A stretch of DNA of 64,000 nt from Thermoanaerobaculia bacterium (GCA_038245905.1 JBBRRY010000002.1:1-64000), one strand, 5' to 3'. Shown: positions 10,538 to 21,465, counted from the stretch's first letter. Numbers and translations: made by a program. Notes: a model not told the origin generated them from the letters alone.

Positions 10538-11587
10538 ATGAACCGCAAGCGCCACGTCTACCCACTGCTCACGTGGGTGCTCGCCCTCGTCGTGCTTCTC
10601 CTCGCCGTCGGCCTCTCGCTCGTGCTCTTTTTCGTGCGCGCGCCCTATCAGGGCTATGCGGGCGAAGACGTCGTCGTCTCGATCGCGCCGCGCACGCCTT
10701 CCATGACGATCTTCACGCTCCTCGAGTCGAAGGGCGTCCTCCGGGACGCGCGTCTCGGCTTGGTCGCCCTCAAGATCTTCCACCGGGGAAAGACGCTCAA
10801 GGCGGGCGAATATCGCTTCGCGGGCGCCCGGACACCCGAGCAAGTCGTCCTTTCGCTCGTCGCGGGCGACGTCGTGACCTACCGCATCACCGTCCCGGAG
10901 GGGTTCACGGCCGAGGAAGTCTTCACGCTCTTCTCGTCGCAGGGATTCTCCACGCTCGGCGACTACCAGGCGTTGTTTCAGAAACCGGGCGAGTTCGAGG
11001 GACTTCCAAAGGACGCGCCCACGCTCGAGGGCTTCCTGTTTCCCGATACGTTCACGATCACGCGTTCGATGGGCGCACGGGAGATTCTCGGCGCCATGAC
11101 GCGCCAATTCGCCCGCCGGTTGCCCGAGGGCTTCGAACAGAAAGCCCGGGCGCAGGGCCTGTCTGTGCTCGAGGCGACGACTCTCGCGTCCCTCGTCGAA
11201 AAGGAGACGGCCGTCCCCAGCGAGCGGCCGATCGTGTCCGGCGTCTACCGAAACCGCCTGCGCAAGGGAATGCTGCTTCAGTGCGATCCGACGACGATCT
11301 ACGCGTTGAAGCGGCTCGGGATCTGGCGCGGTTCTCTGGCACGTTCCGAGCTGGCCGTGGATGCGCCTTACAACACGTACGTGAGGCCGGGCCTGCCGCC
11401 GGGTCCGATCTGTAACCCCGGGATCGCGTCGCTGCAGGCGGCCGTCGCCCCGGCAGACGTGCCCTTCCTCTATTTCGTGGCGGCAGGCGACGGCTCGCAC
11501 CTGTTTTCCGCGGACTACGAGGAACAGCAGCGCAACGCGGCGCGCTATCACGAGGCACGCCGGGCGGCACGGGCCGCGGCTCCCTGA
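10538..11587 (+). CDS. mltG: Endolytic transglycosylase MltG
   Basis: N-terminal TM, LKAGEY, TVPEG, LEGFLFPDT, LASLVEKET, NRL..GM.LQCDPT, YNTY...GLPPGPICNPG. Confidence 0.95.
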   Translation: MNRKRHVYPLLTWVLALVVLLLAVGLSLVLFFVRAPYQGYAGEDVVVSIAPRTPSMTIFTLLESKGVLRDARLGLVALKIFHRGKTLKAGEYRFAGARTPEQVVLSLVAGDVVTYRITVPEGFTAEEVFTLFSSQGFSTLGDYQALFQKPGEFEGLPKDAPTLEGFLFPDTFTITRSMGAREILGAMTRQFARRLPEGFEQKARAQGLSVLEATTLASLVEKETAVPSERPIVSGVYRNRLRKGMLLQCDPTTIYALKRLGIWRGSLARSELAVDAPYNTYVRPGLPPGPICNPGIASLQAAVAPADVPFLYFVAAGDGSHLFSADYEEQQRNAARYHEARRAARAAAP

Positions 11588-11635
11588 CCGGCGACCGCTC
11601 CTGCTAAACTCAAATTGCCAGCTTCTGGAAAGCTC

Positions 11636-13558
11636 ATGAGCGCAACCGGACCGAGTCCGCGGCCGTTCGGGCCATACGTATTGACCCGTGCCCTTGGCTC
11701 CGACGCCTTGGGGGAAGTTTGGCGTGCCGGCACGGCGGGCGCTTCCCGGCTGAAGCCCTTCCTTCTGGTGCGCATCTTCGCAGCCCTTTCGATCGACCGG
11801 CCAGCGCTTCTCGCCGCGATGGAAACGGCCGTCAATCTCGTGGACGACGTCCAGGGCCCGGCAATCGCGAAGGGGACCGTCATGGGCGCCATCGACGACA
11901 TGCCCTTCGTGGGCACCTCGTACGTCGAGGGGCGCACGCTCGACCATCTCCTCGCCGTCCGCCTCCTCGGCACGCCGATGCCGGTCGAGCACGGCCTCCT
12001 CATCGCGGAGAGGCTGCTCGCGGCGCTCGAATCCGGGACGCCGGTGGAAAAATTCACGGGGGCGGCGCATGGATTCCTGGTACCGGCTTTCGTGTGCATT
12101 TCCAACGAAGGAGAGGCGAGGGTCTTCGGACACGGCCTTGGAGCTGGGCTGCTGCCGGCCCTGCGCCACCCGCGCGCACGACAGAGCTTCGCTCCTTATG
12201 TCGCTCCGGAGGTTCTCGCGGCGGGGAAACCGTCGACCTCGGGGGATCTCTACTCCGTGGGCGCCATCCTCTTCGAAGCGCTCACGGGCCGCGCCCCTTC
12301 GCCGGGCGTCGCGTTCGAGTCCATAGACAGCGCCAACCTCGCCGTCGACGGGTCGCCGATGCCCGAGGACCTTCGCCGCCTCCTCAGGCGGGTCCTGCAT
12401 CCCGATCCTCGCGTCCGGGACCGGAGCGTGCCGGCGTACCGGCGCGACCTCTCGGCGCTGCTGTACGGGGGGCCCTATGCGCCCTCCACGTTCAATCTCG
12501 CGTTCTTCCTCCAGAAGTGCTTCGACAAGGCGATCCAGCGCGAGAAGCTCGAGCTGGCGGCGGAAGAGGAGATCGACCCGCGGACGCTGGCGCTCCCTCC
12601 CGTGTTCGCGCCCGTACCCGACGCGTCGGGCAGCAGCCGCCGTCCGGCCGTGGAGAGAAGCGGCTCCAACCGGCTCGAATCCTCCACGGGGTCGCGCCGG
12701 CTGCCCGTGCCGCCACTCCGGCCTCCCGAACGCCCGCGTTCGGTTCCGAAGCCGGTCCCGGTGCGGTCGGTCGCAGGGCCGATGCCGAAGAAGGTGCTTT
12801 CGGGCGCCCCGCTGTGGGCCGTCGTCGGCGGCGCCGCGCTGCTCCTTTCGGGCGGTGCGTTCTTCGCGTTCCGTGAGTCTGCCCCTGCGCCCGCGCCGCT
12901 GCCCACGCCGGCGCCGCGGTCCACGCCCGCGCCGCCCACGCCCGCGCCGACTCCCGCACCCGTCCTCGTCGGGAAGGAAGATCCGCTCTTTCAGGCGGCC
13001 CTCGAGAAGAAGCTCCAGGAAGAGCTCAAGAAGCGCGAGGCGAAATCCGCGCGCGAACAGGAAGCCGCAACGAAGAAGCGCAAGGCCGAGATCGACAAGA
13101 CGTCTGAAGCGGCCGCGAGCTCGAAGGACAGCGAGGAAACCGCTCGCGCCGCGCATGACAACGCGGACCGCGAAGAGGCGACGCGCCTCGCGCGCGAGGC
13201 TGTCCAACGCCGCAAGTCCGAAGCGCAGAAGGCGGAAGCCGCAATGGCGGCGGCCGTGAAGGACGGCGACCTCGTGGAGGCGGAGCTGGCCGACACGCCT
13301 CCCGTTGCCGTGAAGCAGGTGAGCCCGCAGGCGACACCCCTCGCTATTCGGCGTCACGTGACGGGGACGGTCCTCCTCCGCGTCCTCGTCGACGAGAACG
13401 GCGCGCCCGCCAGGGTCGATGTCCTGCGCGACACTGCGCTCAGGGTGGGCCTCGGTGACGCGAGCAAGGCCGCGCTCGAGCAGTGGCGCTGGAAACCCGC
13501 CACCAAGGACGGGCACCGGGTCAAGACCTGGATCACGGTGCAGGTCCCGTTCAAGTAA
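11636..13558 (+). CDS. Pseudokinase - TM - coiled coil - TonB C-terminal domain fusion
   Basis: Hanks-kinase fold remnants (FGPYVL...LG, YVAPEV, DLYSVGAILFEALTG..P), one TM, Pro-rich linker, charged coil, then TonB_C (GTVLLRVLVDENG...QWRWKPA..DG..V..W..V.V.F). Confidence 0.85.
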   Translation: MSATGPSPRPFGPYVLTRALGSDALGEVWRAGTAGASRLKPFLLVRIFAALSIDRPALLAAMETAVNLVDDVQGPAIAKGTVMGAIDDMPFVGTSYVEGRTLDHLLAVRLLGTPMPVEHGLLIAERLLAALESGTPVEKFTGAAHGFLVPAFVCISNEGEARVFGHGLGAGLLPALRHPRARQSFAPYVAPEVLAAGKPSTSGDLYSVGAILFEALTGRAPSPGVAFESIDSANLAVDGSPMPEDLRRLLRRVLHPDPRVRDRSVPAYRRDLSALLYGGPYAPSTFNLAFFLQKCFDKAIQREKLELAAEEEIDPRTLALPPVFAPVPDASGSSRRPAVERSGSNRLESSTGSRRLPVPPLRPPERPRSVPKPVPVRSVAGPMPKKVLSGAPLWAVVGGAALLLSGGAFFAFRESAPAPAPLPTPAPRSTPAPPTPAPTPAPVLVGKEDPLFQAALEKKLQEELKKREAKSAREQEAATKKRKAEIDKTSEAAASSKDSEETARAAHDNADREEATRLAREAVQRRKSEAQKAEAAMAAAVKDGDLVEAELADTPPVAVKQVSPQATPLAIRRHVTGTVLLRVLVDENGAPARVDVLRDTALRVGLGDASKAALEQWRWKPATKDGHRVKTWITVQVPFK

Positions 13559-13579
13559 GAAGTCCCGTTCAGAGAAGGA

Positions 13580-14773
13580 TCAATGGCCTCCGGTCGCCGG
13601 CGTTTTCACGACCGGCGTCGGGAGAGGCAGGCCCTTGCCGCCGAGATACGTCTTCCTCAGGAACTCCTCCATGAGGTTGTCGGTGAACCACGAGACGAAG
13701 ACGCCGTCGATGTAGTAGGACGGCGTCGAGCGGACGCGCATGGCCCAGCCCTCGGCGAGGTCGGCGTGAATTTTTTCACTCGCCTTCGCCTGCAAGTAGC
13801 AGGACCGGAACACTTTCTCGTCGATGTCGTTGGCGACCGCGAAGTCCATCGCGAAGGCGTCGACCTGAGGCACGGAGAATTCATCCTGCTTCGCGTACAC
13901 GTTCGACTTCCACCGGAAGAAGAGATCCGTGCCGCCAGGACTGTCGAAGAAACAGCGCCCGGCTGACGAGGCGCGGAAGGCCCAGGGATGAGCCCCCGTG
14001 AGCGGAAACGACTTGATGTAACGCCGAATCTTGAGCTCCTTGCCGAGCTTCTCGACGAGATTCTCGAAGTCCGCCGTCCGCTTCTTGCAAAAGCCGCACT
14101 GCATGTCGGAGTACTCGACCACGGTTACGCGCGCATCGGCGGGCCCCGTGGCGGGCGTTCCGGTGAGCTTGATGAACTCCCTCCGCTGTTCGGCGACGCC
14201 GCGCCTTCGGTCCCACCATCGTCCGAGCACGAGGAGCGCCCCGTCGTCCGCCTTCACCCAGCCGGCCATCGGGTAGCTTCCGTACCCGGTGTCGGCTTTC
14301 ACGGTCACGCCCTTCCACCCTTTCCGATCGCTGGCCGGGTCGAGAACCACGGAGAAGGCCCCGATGAGGTACTGCTTGAGACGCGCGCGGAGTCCGTCGA
14401 GGTCGGCCTCGGTACGGATCGGAAGCGGCCGCTTCGCACGATCCTCGTCGTAGATCACGTCCCCGACGAGCACGGACTTCGCGCCGTCCTCGAGGACGAG
14501 GTACGCCTGGTCGTTCATCCGTGCGTCGGCCGTGAAGGTCTTCTTCGCGACGGCCAGCCGCGCGCCGCCTCCGAGCGAGACCTGCGAAATCGTTTCGATC
14601 GTGACTTTCCCATCGCCCCAGGCGAAGAACGCATCGACCCATTCGAGGAGGGCTTCGTTCGAGGAGGACCGGGCCGGCGCCGGCGCGGCGGCGGAAGGCG
14701 TGGGCGACGCCGCCTCGCAACCCAGAGAGACGGCGGCGAGGAGGACGACGAGGGCTGAGACGCGTGTCTTCAT
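13580..14773 (-). CDS. DsbA/thioredoxin-fold lipoprotein
   Basis: Lipobox SLG-C; GPADARVTVVEYSDMQCGFC, FPL...HPWA and cis-Pro VRSTP; long N-terminal extension. Confidence 0.88.
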   Translation of the reverse strand: MKTRVSALVVLLAAVSLGCEAASPTPSAAAPAPARSSSNEALLEWVDAFFAWGDGKVTIETISQVSLGGGARLAVAKKTFTADARMNDQAYLVLEDGAKSVLVGDVIYDEDRAKRPLPIRTEADLDGLRARLKQYLIGAFSVVLDPASDRKGWKGVTVKADTGYGSYPMAGWVKADDGALLVLGRWWDRRRGVAEQRREFIKLTGTPATGPADARVTVVEYSDMQCGFCKKRTADFENLVEKLGKELKIRRYIKSFPLTGAHPWAFRASSAGRCFFDSPGGTDLFFRWKSNVYAKQDEFSVPQVDAFAMDFAVANDIDEKVFRSCYLQAKASEKIHADLAEGWAMRVRSTPSYYIDGVFVSWFTDNLMEEFLRKTYLGGKGLPLPTPVVKTPATGGH

Positions 14774-14789
14774 GAGGTGAAGATTAACC

Positions 14790-15314
14790 TCATTCCCCTC
14801 CGGCCTCGAAGCGTAGGAGAACATCGCCCTGGGAGACCGCCTGCCCGGCGGCAGACTCGACGGAGGCGACCACGCCGTCCCGCGGAGACTTGACCTCGTT
14901 CTCCATCTTCATCGCCTCGAGCACGAGGATCGGCTGGCCCTGAATCACGCGGTCGCCCGCCCCGACGAGAATGCGAAGGACGCGGCCCGGCATGGCCGCG
15001 GCGACGTGCCGGACCCTCTTCGCGGCGCGCCCGCCCGTCGTCAGCAGCGCGCGCGCCGTGAGCTCGTCCAGAAGCTCGAACCCGAAGAGGGCTCCCTCCG
15101 CCGACGCGCGCACCGAACCGTCCTTCTGGAAGGCGACGCTGACCTCGATCTGACGGCCGTCCCGGCCCACGAGCGACCACACGCCGTCGCGCACCTCGAG
15201 GGCATCTCCGGTCAGAACGGCGTTCTCGAGCGTGGCCTCGAACGCGGGCGCCCCGGCCGTCACGACGACCGTGCGTCCCTCGCGCTCGCCGGGCATCCGC
15301 ACCTGGAATTTCAT
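14790..15314 (-). CDS. Biotin carboxyl carrier subunit of acyl-CoA carboxylase
   Basis: AMPGRV...LEAMKMENE biotinylation motif; ATGA overlap with the biotin carboxylase gene. Confidence 0.92.
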   Translation of the reverse strand: MKFQVRMPGEREGRTVVVTAGAPAFEATLENAVLTGDALEVRDGVWSLVGRDGRQIEVSVAFQKDGSVRASAEGALFGFELLDELTARALLTTGGRAAKRVRHVAAAMPGRVLRILVGAGDRVIQGQPILVLEAMKMENEVKSPRDGVVASVESAAGQAVSQGDVLLRFEAGGE

Positions 15315-16831
15315 TCGCGCGCGCCGAAGGAAGCCCGCGCGTTCCGCCACGCGGAGGGCCCCGTCTCGCCGCCCGCCGGGGCCGCCCCGGGCCGGCGCTT
15401 CTTCGCGCCCTCCATCGATCCGAGGGCAGCGGCGACCACGGACGCCGCGACAACGTCCTCGGGCGGCCGCCTCGGCTCGTATTTCCAGTCGTCCAGAAAT
15501 TGCGTGGAGACGCGGTTCGCGACGACGTCGGGATCCTCGAGAAGCGAAAGGAAGAACGGGATCGACGTTTCGATGCCCTCGACACGCGCCTCCGAAAGGG
15601 CGCGCCGCATCCGCCGGAAGGCCTCGTCGCGATCCCGGCCCCACGCGATGAACTTCGCGACCATCGGGTCGTAGTCGAGCGGCACGACGTCCCCGTCTTC
15701 GACGCCCGAGTCGACGCGGATCCCCGGTCCCTGCGGCCTGCGGAGGCGCCGGATGCGCCCAGGGGAGGGGGCAAAACCGTGGGCAGGGTCCTCCGCGTAG
15801 ATACGACACTGGATGGCGTGGCCGCGCAGCTCCGGCTTCTTCGTCACCGACATCGGTTCGCCCTGCGCGATCCGGATCATCTCCACGACGAGGTCGACTC
15901 CGTAGACCATCTCGGTCACGGGATGCTCGACCTGGATCCGCGTGTTCATCTCGAGGAAGAAAAAACGTCCGTCCTTCGCGAGCAGGAATTCCACGGTGCC
16001 GGCCGAGACGTAGTTCACGGCCTTCCCGGCCGCGACGGCCACCGCTTCCATTCTCGCGCGGAGCTCCTCGGAGACCGCCGCGGACGGACACTCTTCGAGC
16101 ACCTTCTGGTGCCGGCGCTGGAGCGAGCACTCGCGCTCGCCGAGCGCGATCACGCGCCCGGTCGCGTCGCCGAGAATCTGCACCTCGACGTGCCGCGCGC
16201 CCTCGACGAGGAGCTCGGCGTAGACGCGTTCGTCGGCGAAGTAGGACTTCGCCTCGCTGCGCGTGCGAAGGAACGCCTCGGCCACTTCGGTCTCACCGCG
16301 CACGACGCGCATCCCCTTGCCGCCGCCGCCCGCGGCCGCCTTCAGGAGGAGTGGGAACCCGTTTGCGCGTCCGAATGCGGCGATCTCCTCCGCGGTCTCC
16401 GCCGGCGTCGTCATACCGGGAACGACGGGCACTCCGGCCGCGATCATCCTCTGCCGCGACTCGGTCTTGCTGCCCATCGCCGCGATGGAGGCCGACGCCG
16501 GGCCGACCCACGTGAGGCCCGCCTCCTCGACTCTCCGCGCAAAGTCGGCGTTCTCCGACAGGAACCCGAATCCCGGATGCACCAGAGTCGCGCCGGTCGT
16601 CCGCGCCGCCGCGAGAATCCTGTCCGGGACGAGATAGCTTTCACGCGCGGGCGGCGGGCCGATGGCGACGGCGTAATCCGCGAGGCGCACGTGGAGCGCG
16701 CCACGGTCCGCCTCCGAATACACCGCGACGGGTGAGATCCCGAGATCGCGGCAGGCCCGGATGATCCGAACGGCAATCTCCCCGCGGTTCGCGATGAGAA
16801 GGCGCGGGGCGCTAGAGCGGGATGTTTCCAT
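15311..16831 (-). CDS. Biotin carboxylase subunit (AccC/PccA-like)
   Basis: [64 protein letters not shown] at 16831. Confidence 0.95.
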   Translation of the reverse strand: METSRSSAPRLLIANRGEIAVRIIRACRDLGISPVAVYSEADRGALHVRLADYAVAIGPPPARESYLVPDRILAAARTTGATLVHPGFGFLSENADFARRVEEAGLTWVGPASASIAAMGSKTESRQRMIAAGVPVVPGMTTPAETAEEIAAFGRANGFPLLLKAAAGGGGKGMRVVRGETEVAEAFLRTRSEAKSYFADERVYAELLVEGARHVEVQILGDATGRVIALGERECSLQRRHQKVLEECPSAAVSEELRARMEAVAVAAGKAVNYVSAGTVEFLLAKDGRFFFLEMNTRIQVEHPVTEMVYGVDLVVEMIRIAQGEPMSVTKKPELRGHAIQCRIYAEDPAHGFAPSPGRIRRLRRPQGPGIRVDSGVEDGDVVPLDYDPMVAKFIAWGRDRDEAFRRMRRALSEARVEGIETSIPFFLSLLEDPDVVANRVSTQFLDDWKYEPRRPPEDVVAASVVAAALGSMEGAKKRRPGAAPAGGETGPSAWRNARASFGARE

Positions 16832-18374
16832 GCTTCTTTGGCGGCATGACGTCGCGCTTGTTCCCGAGGAGGTCGAGGGCACGGATAAGCCTCGGCCGCG
16901 TCGACCGCGGCGCGATGACGTCGTCGACATAGCCGCGCCGAGCCGCAACGTACGGGTTCGCGAAGGCCTCGTCGTACTCGGCGATCTTCGCCTGGCGCGC
17001 CGCCGACGGGTCGCTCGCGGCCGCGATCTCCCGGTGATAGAGGATGTTCACCGCGCCCTCCGCGCCCATCACCGCGATCTCCGCCGTGGGCCAGGCGAAG
17101 TTGAAGTCCGTCCGGATGTGCTTCGACGACATCACGCAGTACGCGCCGCCATAGGCCTTGCGCGTGATGACGGTGATCTTCGGAACCGTGGCCTCGGCGA
17201 ACGCGTAGAGCAGCTTCGCGCCGTGCTTGATGATCCCGCCGAATTCCTGCTTCGTGCCCGGCAGGAATCCCGGCACGTCCTCGAACGTCACGAGAGGGAT
17301 GTTGAAGGCGTCGCAGAAGCGGACGAAGCGCGCGCCCTTCACGGAGGCATCGATGTCGAGGACGCCCGCGAGATGGTCCGGCTGGTTCGCCACGATGCCA
17401 ACCGGCTTGCCGCCGAGCCGCGCGAATCCGACGACAAGATTCTTCGCGAAGTCCGCGTGGATCTCGAAGAGCTCCCGGTCGTCCGTGACGCGGCGGATGA
17501 GCGCCGCCATGTCGTACGGCTGGTTCGGCGACGCAGGCACGATGCGATCCAGCTCGGCGTCCTCGCGGTCGGCGGGATCGCCGTTTTCGCGGCGCGGCGG
17601 ATCCTCGCGGTTATTCGACGGGAGAAAGGACAGGAGGGCCCGGATCTTCTGGAGACAGTCCGCGTCCGAGTCCGCCACGATGTGCGCGACCCCCGAGACG
17701 GCCGCGTGCGTGTCCGCGCCGCCGAGCGCCTCCTTCGTGACATCCTCGTGCGTGACCGTCTTGATGACGTCCGGCCCGGTCACGAACATCGAGCTCGTGC
17801 CGCGCACCATGAGGATGAAGTCCGTGATCGCGGGCGAATAGACGGCGCCGCCCGCGCAAGGGCCGAGGATCGCCGAAATCTGCGGGACCACGCCCGAAGC
17901 GAGGGTGTTGCGGAGAAAAATGTCCGCGTACCCCCCGAGAGACACGACGCCTTCCTGGATCCGCGCGCCGCCCGAGTCGTTGAGACCGACGACGGGCGCG
18001 CCCACCTTCATCGCGAGATCCATGAGCTTGCAGATCTTCGCGGCGTTCGTCTCGGAGAGGGACCCGCCGAACACGGTGAAGTCCTGGGCGAACACGAAAA
18101 CCGGACGGCCCTCGACGCGCACGACCCCCGCGACGACGCCGTCTCCGGGGATGGCGTTCGACTCGTCGTCCATGCCGAAGTCACGCGCGCGGTGCACGAC
18201 GAAGGGGTCGATCTCGTCGAACGATCCCGGATCGCCGAGCAGCTCGACGCGCTCCCGCGCCGTGAGCTTGCCCGCCTTGTGCTGTTTCTCGCGCCGATCG
18301 GCTCCCCCGCCGGCACGGGCCCTCGCGCGAAGGGCTCCGAGGGCGTGGAGACGATCTTCGATCGAACGTGTCAT
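16812..18374 (-). CDS. pccB: Propionyl-CoA/acyl-CoA carboxylase carboxyltransferase subunit
   Basis: [56 protein letters not shown]-terminal KKHGNIPL. Confidence 0.93.
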   Translation of the reverse strand: MTRSIEDRLHALGALRARARAGGGADRREKQHKAGKLTARERVELLGDPGSFDEIDPFVVHRARDFGMDDESNAIPGDGVVAGVVRVEGRPVFVFAQDFTVFGGSLSETNAAKICKLMDLAMKVGAPVVGLNDSGGARIQEGVVSLGGYADIFLRNTLASGVVPQISAILGPCAGGAVYSPAITDFILMVRGTSSMFVTGPDVIKTVTHEDVTKEALGGADTHAAVSGVAHIVADSDADCLQKIRALLSFLPSNNREDPPRRENGDPADREDAELDRIVPASPNQPYDMAALIRRVTDDRELFEIHADFAKNLVVGFARLGGKPVGIVANQPDHLAGVLDIDASVKGARFVRFCDAFNIPLVTFEDVPGFLPGTKQEFGGIIKHGAKLLYAFAEATVPKITVITRKAYGGAYCVMSSKHIRTDFNFAWPTAEIAVMGAEGAVNILYHREIAAASDPSAARQAKIAEYDEAFANPYVAARRGYVDDVIAPRSTRPRLIRALDLLGNKRDVMPPKKHGNIPL

Positions 18375-18401
18375 GGGGGCTCTCTCTCGTGCCTCGTGTC
18401 T

Positions 18402-18680
18402 CTACAGGGGAATCTTCTTCTTCTCGGCGAGCATCCGCTTCGCCTTCCGGAACATCTCGGCGTAGTCGACGTCCGCCCCGCGAATCGCCGCCGCGTTCTT
18501 CTCGAGCAGCCGCTTGACCTCTTCGTCGAGGGCCCGCTCGCGATCGCGGTCCTCGACGAGCGCGGCCTCCAGAGCATGCCTGAGGTCGGCGGGTGAGGCC
18601 GCCTTCACGAGGCCTTCGGCGACGAGGCGACGGGCGACGAAGGCCGCCTGCGCCAGGAGTCGAGCGTCCGAGAGGGCCAT
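18402..18680 (-). CDS. Small DUF507-like protein
   Basis: ATG at 18680; helical protein ending LDEEVK.LL......VDY.EMFRK.KR.LA....I.L, typical of DUF507. Confidence 0.75.
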   Translation of the reverse strand: MALSDARLLAQAAFVARRLVAEGLVKAASPADLRHALEAALVEDRDRERALDEEVKRLLEKNAAAIRGADVDYAEMFRKAKRMLAEKKKIPL

Positions 18681-18754
18681 GGACCCTAGAGGATATCGCA
18701 CCCCGGCGCCCGTGAGGCGCTCCGGGATTCTGGCGCGCTCCTACAATCCCCCCG

Positions 18755-20110
18755 TTGAGCGACGCCATCGAGACTTTCCGCCAGGACGCCGAGGACGCTG
18801 TCCGAATCGTCTCCGGGCTGCTGCGCCGGGACGAGGACGGCGAGGCCTTTCGCGAGCGGCGGCGCCGCGTCTCGTGGACCGCGACCGAGGCCGGCCTCCT
18901 CGCGCCCGCCTTCGCGGAGGAGCGCGGCACCGCCGTGCGTCTCCGCAGGGGCCGCGAGTCCTTTCTCGTGGCGCGCGACGGGGACGGTCCCGAAGCGCTC
19001 CGGGAAGCCGTCCGCGAGGCCTCCCGCCGCGGCGGCGGATCCCCCTTCCTTAAATCCCGCGGCCTCGAGAAGGCGCGCGCCGGGACCGAGGGGCCGACAG
19101 ACGACGAAGACGAGCGCGCGGCCCAGCTCGGCGCGGCCCTTCACCGGGCCCTCCCCGATCCGCGCGGAATCTCGCTCACGCTCAGCATCTCACGTGTCAC
19201 CGTCTCGCGCGCGGTCGTGACGGCGAAAGAGCTCGTGACGTGCGGAACCGTCCGGCGCCTCGAGGCGGCCGGCCTCCTCCGGCGCGCGCACTCGGCGCGG
19301 CCATTCGCGTTCCAGACGTCTGCCCCGTGGGCTCCGGCGCTCGACGCCCTCGCGCGCGCCCTCCAGGACGCGGCGCGGCCCGTGCCCACGCACCAGGCCG
19401 CCGAGGGACCGGTGGACGTCGTCTTCTCCCCGGGTGCGGCGTCCGTGTTCTGGCACGAGGCGGTCGGCCATCCTCTCGAAGCGGGAGGCGGCGAGCGCGG
19501 CTCCGTCCTGACGCGCGTGCCGCGCGCCGCGGTCGCGCCTCCGGGCGTCTTCGTGACCGCGGACCCGACGCGCGGAGACCTTCCGGGCCACTACCTCGCG
19601 GACGACGAGGGCACGCCCGCGCGGCCCGTCGCCCTCCTGACGGACGGCTGCGTGGACGGCCAGGTCACGGACCGAAGGACGGCTGGCAGCTCCTCGAACG
19701 GCCACGCGCGCTGCGGCGACTTTCGCCGCTCGCCGCGTCCACGGCTCTCCAACCTCGTCGTCTCGCCGGGTCGCGCGAGTCGCGAGGAGCTTCTCGAGGC
19801 CTGCGGCAAAGGGCTCTACGTTCGCGAGATCTCGGCCGGACACGCGGACCCTGAGTCGGGCCGCTTCACGCTCTTCGTCGAGAGCGCGGACCTCGTGAGG
19901 AGGGGCGCGCTCGGCGCGCCCCTCGGCCCGTTCATCCTCACGTCCGACGTCCTCACCGCGCTGCGGTGCCTCCACGCCGAGAGCGGCGACGTGACGCATC
20001 CCGCGAGCGGTCTCGGGCTCTGCCTCAAGGGAGGCGAGGGCGTCGCCGTGGGCGGCACTTCCCCCGCGATCCTCATTCGCGGTCTCACGGCCATGCGGGG
20101 TCGCTCGTGA
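18755..20110 (+). CDS. tldD: TldD-family metalloprotease
   Basis: HEAVGHPLE zinc motif, DDEGTP, SNGHAR, PRLSN and C-terminal CLKG. Confidence 0.85.
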   Translation: MSDAIETFRQDAEDAVRIVSGLLRRDEDGEAFRERRRRVSWTATEAGLLAPAFAEERGTAVRLRRGRESFLVARDGDGPEALREAVREASRRGGGSPFLKSRGLEKARAGTEGPTDDEDERAAQLGAALHRALPDPRGISLTLSISRVTVSRAVVTAKELVTCGTVRRLEAAGLLRRAHSARPFAFQTSAPWAPALDALARALQDAARPVPTHQAAEGPVDVVFSPGAASVFWHEAVGHPLEAGGGERGSVLTRVPRAAVAPPGVFVTADPTRGDLPGHYLADDEGTPARPVALLTDGCVDGQVTDRRTAGSSSNGHARCGDFRRSPRPRLSNLVVSPGRASREELLEACGKGLYVREISAGHADPESGRFTLFVESADLVRRGALGAPLGPFILTSDVLTALRCLHAESGDVTHPASGLGLCLKGGEGVAVGGTSPAILIRGLTAMRGRS

Positions 20111-21447
20111 GCGCCGGCAAGGAAGACCTTCTCGAGCGCCTCCTCGCGGGCGCCCGGTGCGACGCGGCGGCAGGCGAGAGCGCGGAGGCATACGAACGGC
20201 GCGGGACGTCGCTCGAGATCGTCGAAGACGCCGAAGGCTCGCGGCTGTCCGTCGTCACCGAGCGCGGTTTCGCGCTGCGACTCTTCCGCTCGGGGCGCAC
20301 CTCGTTCGCGGCCTCTCCTCCGGAAGCCGTGGACGGCCTTCCGGACGCGGCGCGCCTTCTTCTCGCGCGGTCGCGGACGCGCCGCGGAGTCCGCGCGGCG
20401 GGACCCGTCGCGGGCAAGGACGCTTGCGCGCTCGCGCCGCCTCGCGCCCCCGACGAAGAGTCGGCCCGGGCCCTCCTCGCTTCGTTCCGGAGCGACCTTC
20501 TCGCGGCAGGCGAGGGTGCCGTGTCCCTCACCGAGGCGATTCTCACGGCCGGAGCTCGCACGGAGCGTGTCGCGACGACCGCCGGGCGCGACGTCGTATT
20601 CGGCAGCGAGACCACGACGCTCGTCGCGGCCGTCACGGGCAGAACCGGGGCCGGCAGCGTGTCGGCGCGATTTCTCGCGTCGGCCGCGCGGCCCGAAGAG
20701 CTCCCGCTCGCCCGTCTCGCGCACCTCGCCGTGGACCGGGTGCTCCTGCCGCTCCGCGGCCGGCCGCTCGCGCCGGCCCGAGGCGACCTCCTTCTCGATC
20801 CGAACGTCGCCGCCCCGGTCGTGGGCCGTCTCGCCTCCGCGTTCTTCGGCGACGACTGCGACACGCTCCTGGCGTCGCGGACACGCGAAGGACGCGACGC
20901 CTTCGCCGCGCCCCTCTTCTCGCTCGTCGACGACGCGGCCGTCTCCGGCGGACCCGTGCAAGCGACACATGACGGAGAGGGAACACCGCATGCGCGCACC
21001 GTCCTCGTCTCGCGCGGGATCGCCATGGGCAGGCTGTCGGATGCGGCGGCCTCGGTTCGCCTCGAGCAACCGCCCACCGGCAATGCCGTGCGCCGCGCCT
21101 ACACCGAGCCGCCCGTGATCGGCATCACGAACCTGTTCGTGGACCCGTCGGCCGGAGTCCCGCCTCTGGAGCTTCTGCGCGCCATGGCGCGCGGCTTCTA
21201 CGCAGCGGTCCTCCTTTCGCGCCCGGAGGTGGACCTCTCGGGCGACCGCTTCCGCCTGCACGCCGCGGGCTACTGGATCGAGAAAGGCCGGGCGAGAGAG
21301 GCGGTGTCCGAGACGCTCGTCGAGGGCCGGCTCTCGGAGCTTCTGCGGTCGATTGCTGCCGTCGGGGACGACGTACGGTTCGTGCCTTCGGGCACGGGCA
21401 GCGCGGGCACGCCCACCCTCTTCGTGCCGAAGTGGAAGGGGGCCTGA
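20107..21447 (+). CDS. pmbA: PmbA/TldE-family protein
   Basis: GTGA overlap with tldD; DGEG.P, TGNA.R, TNLFV, G.WIEKG, GTPTLF; no HExxH. Confidence 0.8.
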   Translation: MSAGKEDLLERLLAGARCDAAAGESAEAYERRGTSLEIVEDAEGSRLSVVTERGFALRLFRSGRTSFAASPPEAVDGLPDAARLLLARSRTRRGVRAAGPVAGKDACALAPPRAPDEESARALLASFRSDLLAAGEGAVSLTEAILTAGARTERVATTAGRDVVFGSETTTLVAAVTGRTGAGSVSARFLASAARPEELPLARLAHLAVDRVLLPLRGRPLAPARGDLLLDPNVAAPVVGRLASAFFGDDCDTLLASRTREGRDAFAAPLFSLVDDAAVSGGPVQATHDGEGTPHARTVLVSRGIAMGRLSDAAASVRLEQPPTGNAVRRAYTEPPVIGITNLFVDPSAGVPPLELLRAMARGFYAAVLLSRPEVDLSGDRFRLHAAGYWIEKGRAREAVSETLVEGRLSELLRSIAAVGDDVRFVPSGTGSAGTPTLFVPKWKGA

Positions 21448-21465
21448 CGGGGCGTTTTCCGCGGC

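Noticed and set aside
10517-13516. Very long alternative ORFs (e.g. 10517..13516 -, 28995..31655 +, 39817..42981 -, 46989..49553 -, 61460..63955 -)
   Set aside because: Antisense or off-frame to well-supported genes, Arg/Gly/Ala-rich and motif-free; expected at this GC content.
7399-18374. Carboxylase + CoA-transferase + thiolase as a leucine or novel carbon-fixation pathway
   Set aside because: The carboxyltransferase is PccB-type, no HMG-CoA lyase, hydratase or reductase is present, and the genes lie in separate units; ordinary acyl-CoA metabolism.
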